A DNA stretch of 64,000 nt from Thermodesulfobacteriota bacterium (GTDB lineage: Bacteria > Desulfobacterota_D > UBA1144 > Nemesobacterales > UBA2774): positions 80,710-144,709 of the forward strand of contig JBFMCV010000006.1 in NCBI GenBank assembly GCA_040754335.1, read 5' to 3'. Within the stretch, counting starts at the first letter, position 1, and every line of letters starts with the position of its first letter. Shown piece by piece: positions 8,640 to 17,190 of the stretch. The position numbers and the translations under genes were made by a program. The notes beneath the pieces are model-generated. The model saw nothing but the letters and a program-made list of their open reading frames with translations, had not been told where the DNA came from and did not search any database.

Positions 8640-8700
8640 AAGCAATTCCAAAGCCTCGTTTCATTACCCGCTTTTCAAAATTAGCATCGATCTATCCCAA

Positions 8701-8934
8701 CGCCGTTCGTCCTGCTTCTAAGCCCTCATCCTGAACTACGGTTCTGAACAAGTGCAAGAGCCGGACGCCACTGGCCGAATCCAACGATGTGACTATTCAC
8801 CGCTTATCCGTTTATCAAACCAAAATATTCAGGATCTCATCTTTTTCTGTCATTTCGAGCAACGCGAGAAATCTATTATTTGCTTTTCATTTTTTATTCC
8901 CTCCTTTTGTAAAGGAGGGTCAGGGTGGATTTTT
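8701..8934. repeat. Intergenic mosaic of hairpin modules (D-like 8701-8725; split A arms 8726-8741 and 8827-8845; E 8738-8779; B 8849-8874; C 8897-8934)
   Basis: Modules are shared with 1-727 and 30097-30390. Examples: GTCATTTCGAGCAACGCGAGAAATCT, TTCCCTCCTTTTGTAAAGGAGGGTCAGGGTGG, GGTTCTGAACAAGTGCAAGAGCCGG. Confidence 0.8.
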
Positions 8935-9038
8935 CCTTTCATTACCAAAAAAACATCCATACCAATCCCCCTCCTCATCTTTTATACTTTTTACATGAGT
9001 AATAAATTTGTCATTTCTTGCGCAGGGGGTGTGTATTC

Positions 9039-10094
9039 ATGAGCACCCCAATAGCCGGCATAAAGGGCAGGGGCTCGGCCGAGAACCCGGGCAACAGGTT
9101 CGAGAAGATAGATTTCGAGCCCTCGGAGGAGGAAATATCGGAAGGCATTTCTCCCGAGACCGTTTTCTATAAGGACACGACGAGGTCTATCATCACCTAC
9201 AACGACAGCCCCGACGTCGGATTTAACGCCGGCATTAACCCCTACCGCGGCTGCGAGCACGGATGCATCTACTGTTACGCGAGACCGACCCACGAGTTCC
9301 TGGGCCTCTCCCTCGGGCTCGATTTCGAATCGAGGATATTCGTCAAGGAAGACGCCCCCGCGCTCTTGAGAAAAGAGCTCTCCTCTCCCAAATACGTCCC
9401 CGACACTATCGCCATAAGCGGCAATACCGATTGCTACCAGCCCGCCGAGCGCCGCTTCCGCCTCACGCGCGCATGCCTCGAGGTCCTTTCCGAATTCAGG
9501 AACCCCGCGGGCATAGTGACGAAGAACCATCTCGTCACGCGCGATATAGACGTACTCAAAGGGTTTACGGAATGGGACGGCATAATGGTTGCGGTCTCGG
9601 TTACCACTCTCGACCCCGCGTTAAAGAGGGTGATGGAGCCCCGGACTTCGGAGCCGCACCTGAGGCTCCGGGCGATAGAGGAGCTTTCCCGGAACGGAAT
9701 ACCGGTGATAGTCATGGTCGCCCCCGTGATACCCGGTCTTACCGACCACGAGATTCCGAATATTGTTAAGAGCGCGTCCGACGCGGGCGCGAGGAGCGCC
9801 GGGTTTATAATGCTCAGGCTCCCATACGGCGTATCGGATCTATTCACCGCATGGCTCGGGAGGCACTTCCCCGATAGAAAAGAAAAGGTGCTCAACAGGA
9901 TAAGGTCAGTCAGGGGCGGCAGGCTCAACAGCTCCGAGTTTTACGACAGGATGCGCGGTAAGGGCGTCTATGCCGAGCAGGCCAGGGAATTGTTTGAGGT
10001 CGCCTGCAGGAAGGCGGGGTTCGACGGATACAAGTTGAGCCTCTCTACGACACATTTCAGGAGGCCCGGTGGGACCCAGCTCGACCTCTTCTGA
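9039..10094 (+). CDS. Radical SAM protein (SplB/PA0069-like DNA-repair-photolyase-type family)
   Basis: CEHGCIYCYA CxxxCxxC cluster motif. ATG 9039 sits 9 nt after AGGGGG; the ORF is open from TTG 9018. Confidence 0.8.
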   Translation: MSTPIAGIKGRGSAENPGNRFEKIDFEPSEEEISEGISPETVFYKDTTRSIITYNDSPDVGFNAGINPYRGCEHGCIYCYARPTHEFLGLSLGLDFESRIFVKEDAPALLRKELSSPKYVPDTIAISGNTDCYQPAERRFRLTRACLEVLSEFRNPAGIVTKNHLVTRDIDVLKGFTEWDGIMVAVSVTTLDPALKRVMEPRTSEPHLRLRAIEELSRNGIPVIVMVAPVIPGLTDHEIPNIVKSASDAGARSAGFIMLRLPYGVSDLFTAWLGRHFPDRKEKVLNRIRSVRGGRLNSSEFYDRMRGKGVYAEQARELFEVACRKAGFDGYKLSLSTTHFRRPGGTQLDLF

Positions 10095-10145
10095 GCGCCC
10101 GCTTCCCTCTTCTTCTACGTATGCAGCGACGGAAACCGGATACGG

Positions 10146-11564
10146 TTACTGCCCCATCGGCACTGCCGTGAGCACCTCTACCCTTATCTCCTGCGGGATC
10201 GCGTTAAGATAGCCCGCGTCAATGTTCTTGAACGTCTTAGTGCTATTGGCAGGCAGCACTTCGTAAATAGTGGTCTTGTTCGAGAACATCGGAGACTCTT
10301 CCTTGAAAGAGAAGAACTCTATTTTTATCTGGATCTTGGTATACGATATATCGCTCAGGTTCTGGAGTGTTATCTCGGACAGCTTCCCTATAGTGCCTGT
10401 TACTCCTCCCCCCCATTTGACGTCCGCAACCACAATGTCTTCTTCGGGGATCGGGACTTCCTCTTCGTACTCGTACTCTTCTTCCTCGCCCTCGGCGGCC
10501 TCTTCCTCTCCAGCCCCTTCGGCAGCGGCTTCTTCGCCGCCTTCACCCGTCATGGCTTCTTTCACGGATTCGGCTTCCCCTGCGGGCTCAGTGCCTTCTT
10601 CGGGCGGGGCCGGGACTTCGCCCCTTTCCTGAGCGAGCTTCTGCTTGTATCTCTCGGAGAGCGAGAGATCCTTCTGGCTCTCGGGCACCGTGCCTTCCTC
10701 GCCCGGGGCCGTGCCCTCTCCTGTGGCTGTGGTCTTCTTCTTTTTCTTCTTGACAGCTTTCTTCCCCTCTTTCTTGGCCATTTTGATCTTGAGCTCTTTT
10801 TCCGAGATCTGCTTCGCGCTCATGACGCTTATGTCGACGCTACGGGCATCGGGGTGTCTGAAGCCGACATTGATGTTGTTGTAAGTGCGCTCGCTGTTGG
10901 CGGGCAGGATATCGTGTATCACCGCTCTGCTCGTGAACCCCCTCACTCCGACCTTCGCACCGGGGATGCCCAGGAAATCGACCCTTATCTTTATGTCCTT
11001 CCAGTTATCCCTGCTCTTGTTCACAAGAGTAATGCTTTTAAGCACCCCTTCGGTGCCGTATTGTCCGCCCGTCCATTCCCACCCCTTCACCTGTATGAGG
11101 TCCTTCGCCTGTGCGGGCGTGCCCTTCTCAATGAGGTCCGCGCCTGCGACGCGGGCTATAGTATTCTGGAGCTCGGCGCTCATTATCCCGAACTTGATGT
11201 TGTAGAAGGTCTTCTCGCTCCCGTGGGGGAGTACGTCGTGAATAGTGCCTCTAATCGAGCCGAGCGGTATGTCGTTCTTCGTATAGAGGTCGACCTCGAT
11301 TGCGATATTTTCGTAGTCGTATTTGCCTATGTTCTGGAGTGTGATCTCTTTCATGATTGCGGGCCTTCCCATGCCGCCCGAGGCCCACTTGTAGTCTTTT
11401 ACGACGAGCACCCTCTTGGGCGATTCCAGTTCCCTGTCCGCCGCGCGAGCTCCCGGGGCTGAGAGGCCCGATAGTAAGACCGGGAGGAATATTGATGTCA
11501 TGATAGAAAAACGTAAGCCGCGTCTGAGGGCATTCTTGATATTGCGTCCGGGAAAAAGGTGCAT
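10146..11564 (-). CDS. Secreted hypothetical protein with three copies of an ~80-aa domain and a Lys-run/Glu-rich linker
   Basis: AAGGAG SD 5 nt upstream of ATG 11564. N-terminal signal ending AxA (SAPGARA/AD). Three repeats share the W-x-GG-x-G...ITLxN...I(H/Y)(D/E)(V/I)LPxxSxxT(F/Y)xNI pattern. Confidence 0.75.
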   Translation of the reverse strand: MHLFPGRNIKNALRRGLRFSIMTSIFLPVLLSGLSAPGARAADRELESPKRVLVVKDYKWASGGMGRPAIMKEITLQNIGKYDYENIAIEVDLYTKNDIPLGSIRGTIHDVLPHGSEKTFYNIKFGIMSAELQNTIARVAGADLIEKGTPAQAKDLIQVKGWEWTGGQYGTEGVLKSITLVNKSRDNWKDIKIRVDFLGIPGAKVGVRGFTSRAVIHDILPANSERTYNNINVGFRHPDARSVDISVMSAKQISEKELKIKMAKKEGKKAVKKKKKKTTATGEGTAPGEEGTVPESQKDLSLSERYKQKLAQERGEVPAPPEEGTEPAGEAESVKEAMTGEGGEEAAAEGAGEEEAAEGEEEEYEYEEEVPIPEEDIVVADVKWGGGVTGTIGKLSEITLQNLSDISYTKIQIKIEFFSFKEESPMFSNKTTIYEVLPANSTKTFKNIDAGYLNAIPQEIRVEVLTAVPMGQ

Positions 11565-12021
11565 CGTATCTCCTTAATTTGACTGTGAGAATAGGATAAG
11601 ATTATACATAATCGGAGTCGAAATTGTAGCGTTCGAATTTAATGGTTTTTCCTCAGCCGGTGCAGTTTTCCTTCCGATGCATGCGGGAGATCCGATCCAC
11701 CGTCCATTACAATATTAATCCTTTTCGAGTAGATTATATATAGCCGGGATGCTGAAGGAATATCTAAGGATTCTAAAAAAACACTCGGACGATGTCTTCG
11801 GCGTAGGGGCGCGGACTACACTATCCGTCTACACCGTTCTCTCCATAGCCTGCGTCGTTATACCTGCGCTCTTCTTCCTCGTACTCATAATATCGAAGCT
11901 CTTTTGAAGGGCTTCCGTTAAAGCTTCGGGCTCTCCGGGCGCGTCGCATTCGGAACGCCCCGCCCCGCGCCCGCGCTCTTTTGACTCGTATTCCACTTTT
12001 ATGTAAACTGGCTCGTACCAG

Positions 12022-13833
12022 ATGGGTAAGATAAGGATTTTATCCGATAATCTTGTCTCCAAAATTGCGGCAGGGGAGATAGTGGAAAGGCCGGCCTCCG
12101 TTGTAAAAGAACTCGTGGAAAACTCGATCGACGCGGGAAGCAAAAGGATAGAGATAGATCTCGAATCCGGCGGGAAGAGGCTAATCAGGGTCTCGGACGA
12201 CGGCGAGGGGATGACTAGGGACGATTCCCTCATGTCGATCGAGCGCCACGCGACGAGCAAGATAAGAGACGTCAAAGACCTCTTCTCCGTAAGCACGCTC
12301 GGGTTCAGGGGGGAGGCGATTCCCAGCATAGCGAGCGTATCCAGGTTCAGGATGACCACGAGGACGCACGACCAGGTGATAGGCACCGTGATCACGGTCG
12401 AGGGCGGCATCGTCAGAGGCGTCGAGGAAGCGGGAGCGCCTCCCGGCACGACTGTCGAAGTGAGGAATCTTTTCTACAACACCCCCGCAAGGCGCAAGTT
12501 CATGAGAAAGACCGAGACCGAGCTCTCGAACGTGCTTGATATCGTCGAGAGGGAATCCATATCCAGTCCCGGCATCGGCTTCGAACTCAAGAGCGAGGGC
12601 AGGACGCTCATCCGGCTCCCCGGGAGGGAGACCGTCTCCGACAGGGTATCCGAGCTCTATCCGGGGATCGCCCTCCATCCGGTCGCGGCCGGGGGCGGAG
12701 GCGTGCGCGTTTCGGGCTTCATGTCGGGCCCTCTCGACACGAGGTCCAATACGCAGAAGCTCTATACGTATGTGAACGGGAGGAGCGTCAGGGACAGGTT
12801 TCTCACGCGCATTCTTATAGATTCGTACGGCAGGATGCTCGAGAAGGGGAAGTTCCCCCAGGGAGTGCTCTTCATAGATATGCCTTCAGGCGGTGTGGAC
12901 GTAAACGTCCATCCCGCGAAGAACGAAGTGAGGTTCGAGGACGCGAGGCTCGTCGGCGACCTCGTGAGGGAGTCGGTTGCCGGGCTTCTCGAGGGAGCGC
13001 CCTGGCTGGGCGGCCCGGGACACGGTTACGAGCGTGTACCGGCGGGTTACCCGGCCGCCCGCGAGACCGTGGCTGCCTACGGGAGCCGCACATTTGGTAA
13101 CCGTGAGGATGAGCGCGGAATGAACGGTTTTCCGGCGTATAATCACGAGGAAGAAACGGCCGTCCACGGCGTCCCTTCGACGACACGCTTGCACGGCTAT
13201 GCCCGGGAGGAAGACGCTGACCGCAAGGGTCTTTTCGGCGGGGCGGGGTTTTACTCGGACCTCAAGGTGCTGGGGCAGCTCGGTGACCTCTATATAATAT
13301 GCGCATCGCCCGGAGGCATGATACTCGTCGACCAGCATGCCGCCCATGAGAGGATCAATTACGAGCGACTTAAAAAAGCGTACGCGGGAGAGGGGTCGGT
13401 CCCCTCGCAGGACCTCCTCGTACCTGAGGTGCTCGAGCTCTCTCCCCACGAATCGGACATACTTTCGAGGCACGGAGCCGAGCTCGGGCACCTGGGGCTC
13501 CGCATCGAGGGGTTCGGCGAGAACACGTTTATCGTCAGGAGCGTCCCGGCTATCCTGAAAAACACCGACCTCAAACGTCTCGTGAGAGACATCGTATCGG
13601 AGATAAAGGAGTCGGGTGCGGAGAAGAGCCTTACGGACAAAATAGATACGGTGATTTCAACCATGGCGTGCCACTCTTCGATAAGGGCGAACTACGAGCT
13701 CAATCCCGAGAAGATGAGGGCGCTGCTTCAGGAGCTCGACCTCGCCCGGTTCCCGCATTCCTGCCCCCACGGGAGGCCAGTTGCGAGAGAGCTTTCCTAC
13801 ACGGACATAGAGAGGATGTTCAAAAGGACATAA
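12022..13833 (+). CDS. mutL: DNA mismatch repair protein MutL
   Basis: GHKL ATPase N-terminus IAAGEIVERPASVVKELVENSIDAG. C-terminal dimerisation region with the endonuclease-type DQHAAHERI motif. Confidence 0.93.
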   Translation: MGKIRILSDNLVSKIAAGEIVERPASVVKELVENSIDAGSKRIEIDLESGGKRLIRVSDDGEGMTRDDSLMSIERHATSKIRDVKDLFSVSTLGFRGEAIPSIASVSRFRMTTRTHDQVIGTVITVEGGIVRGVEEAGAPPGTTVEVRNLFYNTPARRKFMRKTETELSNVLDIVERESISSPGIGFELKSEGRTLIRLPGRETVSDRVSELYPGIALHPVAAGGGGVRVSGFMSGPLDTRSNTQKLYTYVNGRSVRDRFLTRILIDSYGRMLEKGKFPQGVLFIDMPSGGVDVNVHPAKNEVRFEDARLVGDLVRESVAGLLEGAPWLGGPGHGYERVPAGYPAARETVAAYGSRTFGNREDERGMNGFPAYNHEEETAVHGVPSTTRLHGYAREEDADRKGLFGGAGFYSDLKVLGQLGDLYIICASPGGMILVDQHAAHERINYERLKKAYAGEGSVPSQDLLVPEVLELSPHESDILSRHGAELGHLGLRIEGFGENTFIVRSVPAILKNTDLKRLVRDIVSEIKESGAEKSLTDKIDTVISTMACHSSIRANYELNPEKMRALLQELDLARFPHSCPHGRPVARELSYTDIERMFKRT

Positions 13834-13836
13834 GAC

Positions 13837-14448
13837 ATGAAGGAACGTATTATATCGAGACTCAGGGAAAGCGCCGATATAAAGCTCCGCTTCGCGAAGG
13901 AATCCGTGGCGGAGGTGCAGGAAGCCGCTTCGACCATAATCAAGTCGCTGAGGTCGGGCGGGAAGGTGCTGATCTTCGGCAACGGGGGGAGCGCGGCCGA
14001 CTCGCAGCATATCGCGGCCGAATTCGTGAACAGGTACTCTAAGTTAAGGAAGGCGCTCCCGGCCCTTGCGCTTACGACCGACTCTTCCATACTCACGTCC
14101 GTACCCAACGACGGCTCCTTCGACGACGTGTTTTCGCGGCAGATCGAAGCGCTCGGGGTCAAGGGGGATGTAGCCTGGGGCATAACCACGAGCGGGAAAT
14201 CGGAAAACGTGCTCAAAGCCTTCAAGACCGCCGGGACAATGGGGCTGAAAACGATCGCTTTCACGGGGCAGGACAGGAGCAGGGTCGAAAAGGCGGTCGA
14301 CTGCTGCGTAAGCGTCCCTTCCAAGTCCACCCCCAGGGTGCAGGAGCTCCACATTACGCTCGCGCACATAGTATGCGAGCTCGTTGAGGAGTCGCTTGCC
14401 GCGAAGAAGGAGCCTTCCAGGAAAGAGGCGCCCAAGGCCGAGACCTGA
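13837..14448 (+). CDS. gmhA: D-sedoheptulose-7-phosphate isomerase (SIS domain)
   Basis: GNGGSAADSQHIAAEF and TTSGKSENV SIS motifs, ~200 aa. Confidence 0.85.
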   Translation: MKERIISRLRESADIKLRFAKESVAEVQEAASTIIKSLRSGGKVLIFGNGGSAADSQHIAAEFVNRYSKLRKALPALALTTDSSILTSVPNDGSFDDVFSRQIEALGVKGDVAWGITTSGKSENVLKAFKTAGTMGLKTIAFTGQDRSRVEKAVDCCVSVPSKSTPRVQELHITLAHIVCELVEESLAAKKEPSRKEAPKAET

Positions 14449-14512
14449 GGCCGCTGTATAAAGCGATTTTCGACCTGTCCTTGAAATGTCGGATTCATAG
14501 GAAATAATTTCA

Positions 14513-14710
14513 GTGCCCGTGGAAACGAGATGCCCCAAGTGCGGCAAGCTTTCTCCCTGGGAAGGGAATAAGTGGAGGCCCTTCTGCTCCGAGAGGTGCA
14601 AGATGGCCGACCTCGGCGCGTGGGTGACCGAAGGCTACAGGATACCGGGCGGCCATGATGACGTCGGGGAACCCGATGAAAACGCCCACGACGATGAAGA
14701 GGATGAATAG
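14513..14710 (+). CDS. yacG: DNA gyrase inhibitor YacG (zinc finger)
   Basis: CPKCGK...[15 protein letters not shown] matches the YacG zinc-ribbon pattern. Acidic tail. Confidence 0.8.
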   Translation: MPVETRCPKCGKLSPWEGNKWRPFCSERCKMADLGAWVTEGYRIPGGHDDVGEPDENAHDDEEDE

Positions 14711-14752
14711 TCCCGGGTTTAGACTTTAAATAAATCAGGAGGTAAGCATTAG

Positions 14753-15325
14753 ATGGCAGTAGTACAGACTAATCAGTTCCATAAAGGCCTCAAGATAGAA
14801 TACGAGGGCGGGATATGGGAGATAATCGAATACAGTCATTCCAAGATGGCGCAGAGGAGCGCCGTAATGAAGACTAAAATAAGAAACGTGGTAACGGGGG
14901 CCGTCCAGGAGAAGAACTTCAGGTCGGGCGATTCTTTCCGCGTGCCCGATACGGAGAGGAAGTCGATGCAGTTCCTCTATAAAGACGAGATCGGGTTTCA
15001 CTTCATGGACCTCGAAACATACGAGCAGAACACACTGAGCGCGGCCCAGGTGGGAGAGGTGGCGAGCTTCATTAAAGAGCAGCAGGAGGTGACGGTCCTC
15101 TATTTCAACGGCGAGCCCATGGGAGTCGAGCTCCCGACGGCGGTCGAGCTCGAGATAAAGGACACTGAGCCCGGCATGAGGGGCGACACCGTCACAGGAG
15201 CGACGAAACCCGCCGTGCTCGAAACAGGCGCCACGATTCAGGTACCCTTGTTTATAGATGTCGGAGACGTAATAAAGGTCGATACAAGGACAGGGGCGTA
15301 TCTGGAGAGAATGAAAAAGAAATAG
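14753..15325 (+). CDS. efp: Translation elongation factor P (non-canonical loop tip)
   Basis: Full-length colinearity by eye with E. coli, B. subtilis and T. thermophilus EF-P (GLKIEYEGG.., GDTVTGATKPAVLETGA, VPLFI..GDVIKVDTRTGAY). The loop reads SKMAQRSA instead of KPGKG. Confidence 0.92.
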   Translation: MAVVQTNQFHKGLKIEYEGGIWEIIEYSHSKMAQRSAVMKTKIRNVVTGAVQEKNFRSGDSFRVPDTERKSMQFLYKDEIGFHFMDLETYEQNTLSAAQVGEVASFIKEQQEVTVLYFNGEPMGVELPTAVELEIKDTEPGMRGDTVTGATKPAVLETGATIQVPLFIDVGDVIKVDTRTGAYLERMKKK

Positions 15326-15537
15326 ATTGTCAGTGAATTAAATATATTGACAACCAGTCATGCGTCGATTATTCCGGTTGCGAACGTTCTGACCCGGCCC
15401 GATTCGAAATGCAGGGCCGGGGTCGGCGCGAATTGCATATCCTGCATTTCCTCTTGCAGATTCAGTTACAAGCGGGAATCCCCGAAACCTTTTCCGAAAT
15501 CTTAAGTTAATAAATAACAAGGCTGAATTGGCTCCAA

Positions 15538-16110
15538 ATGGACATTGACATTGAGCTTATGCTGAGGACAAAGTCTGGGGACGACGGTGCATTCAGCGAA
15601 TTGATGAGGAGGCATTACAAAGGGGTTGTGAATTATATATACAGATATACAAATCTCAAAGAAAATTCCGAGGACCTCGCCCAGGAGGTTTTCCTGAGAA
15701 TTTACAAATCCAGGAAGAGCTACAGGCCCGACGCCAAGTTCTCGACGTGGCTCTACAAGATCGCGACCAACGTGAGCCTCACGCACGTAAGGAAAAAGAA
15801 CGTAAGCCTGAGCCTGGACGAGCTCAACGACGAGAAGGGCGAAATCGGGGACCCGGAGCTCGATATCGCCGACGATCTGATCTACAGAAAGGAGATAAAG
15901 GACGTAATATTTGAGGCTATGGAGTCTTTGCCTGAGAGGGAGAAAGTTGCTATTATGCTCTGTAAATACGAGGGGCTCTCTTACGAAGAGGTCTCCCAGG
16001 TGCTCGAGTGCACCGTGGGCGCGGTCAAGGCCTACGTTCACAGGGGCAGGATGAAGCTGATAGAAAGGCTTAAGCCTTACTTGCCCGGAGGAGGAGAGTA
16101 TGGAGTGTAG
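15538..16110 (+). CDS. ECF-type RNA polymerase sigma factor
   Basis: Region 2 DLAQEVFLRIY and region 4 REKVAIMLCKYEGLSYEEVSQVLECTVGAVKAYVHRGR. Confidence 0.9.
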   Translation: MDIDIELMLRTKSGDDGAFSELMRRHYKGVVNYIYRYTNLKENSEDLAQEVFLRIYKSRKSYRPDAKFSTWLYKIATNVSLTHVRKKNVSLSLDELNDEKGEIGDPELDIADDLIYRKEIKDVIFEAMESLPEREKVAIMLCKYEGLSYEEVSQVLECTVGAVKAYVHRGRMKLIERLKPYLPGGGEYGV

Positions 16111-16609
16111 GGATTACAGGGAGCTCATAATCGGCTACTCTTCAGGCGATTTGCCCGACGCCGAAAGATCTTCGGTCGAGGCTCATATAGGCGGATGCGA
16201 GGAGTGCAGGCTCTACCTCTCACGGTCAGAGCGCGTCTGGGATCTTCTCGACGGCTGGCAGGGGGTCGAGCCCCGGAGCGACTTCGTTTCGGGCTTCTGG
16301 GTGCGCGTGGCCCGTGAAGAGAGGGAGTCGGGCTCGGGCTTCTTCGCCCGCTTTAAAAAGCTCAAGTTCAACCTCGCCCTCGCAGGCGCTCTCGCGACGG
16401 TGATTATAGTGGGGATGTTTACGTTCGTATTATTCAAACCGGATTCCGGATTCAGGGGCTATGCCGAAAATGACGCCGAGGACGAGCAGATACTGCTCGA
16501 GCTTGACAGCGCCACATCTAGGGAGACCGCTGATGCGTTGTCCATATACGGCCCGTGGGAAAACAGGGTCGAAATCATGAAAATAAACGGCTACGGAGAT
16601 ATGAATTGA
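16100..16609 (+). CDS. Anti-sigma factor (zf-HC2, single-pass membrane)
   Basis: N-terminal H..C..C motif (VEAHIGGCEECRLY) and one TM segment (LALAGALATVIIVGMFTFVLF). Overlaps the sigma gene by 11 nt. Confidence 0.8.
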   Translation: MECRDYRELIIGYSSGDLPDAERSSVEAHIGGCEECRLYLSRSERVWDLLDGWQGVEPRSDFVSGFWVRVAREERESGSGFFARFKKLKFNLALAGALATVIIVGMFTFVLFKPDSGFRGYAENDAEDEQILLELDSATSRETADALSIYGPWENRVEIMKINGYGDMN

Positions 16610-17022
16610 GGGTATCGCTTGCATTGGCAATAGCCACCTGTCTATTATCGGTAAATGCTTTTGGATTTATAAGCGGCGAGATCCATTATAAATGGTGGAA
16701 GAACCCCAGGATTAAAGAGGAGATGGAGCTCACGGATAAACAGGTCGAGTCCATAGAGGAAATCTTTTCTTCCTACAGGGAGCAGATAATACTCTTCCAG
16801 AGGGAGCTCAAGAGGGAAGAGGCCGAGCTGCTCACGGTTCTGAGAAAGCCCGAATGCTCGAGGGACGAGGTGATGGAGATAACCGACCATATAGAGGACA
16901 TGAAGGCGACCCTCACACGCATCAAGATAGAGATGTATCTCAAGATTAAAAACGTGCTCACTCCCGATCAGGAGAAAACCCTTCATATCATCAAGGATAG
17001 GTATAGAGGGAGGTCGCACTGA
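16606..17022 (+). CDS. Periplasmic Spy/CpxP-family (LTxxQ) protein, heavy-metal-sensor-like
   Basis: Two LTxxQ motifs (LTDKQVESI, LTPDQEKTL). Signal peptide if started at TTG 16606 (overlaps the anti-sigma stop as TTGA). The ORF is open from ATG 16555. Confidence 0.7.
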   Translation: MRVSLALAIATCLLSVNAFGFISGEIHYKWWKNPRIKEEMELTDKQVESIEEIFSSYREQIILFQRELKREEAELLTVLRKPECSRDEVMEITDHIEDMKATLTRIKIEMYLKIKNVLTPDQEKTLHIIKDRYRGRSH

Positions 17023-17190
17023 GTAATGCGTCCCCGGTCCGGGTAAGCGTATAGACGCCCCGCATACTTGTCGCAGGCTCCCTTAATTACCCCGGCAATG
17101 CGATATTTACACCCCCTTTAATGGGTATAGAATTTAATCCGGGGGGAGTGCCCCCCGCCCGAAATCTTCGCTTGCCGGAGCCGGTCAGAG

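Noticed and set aside
15391-15424. GC-rich hairpin (GACCCGGCCC...GGGCCGGGGTC) downstream of efp as an intrinsic terminator or sRNA
   Set aside because: The stem is plausible, but no T-run follows and nothing else in the 212-nt spacer is recognisable. The support is insufficient for a feature call.
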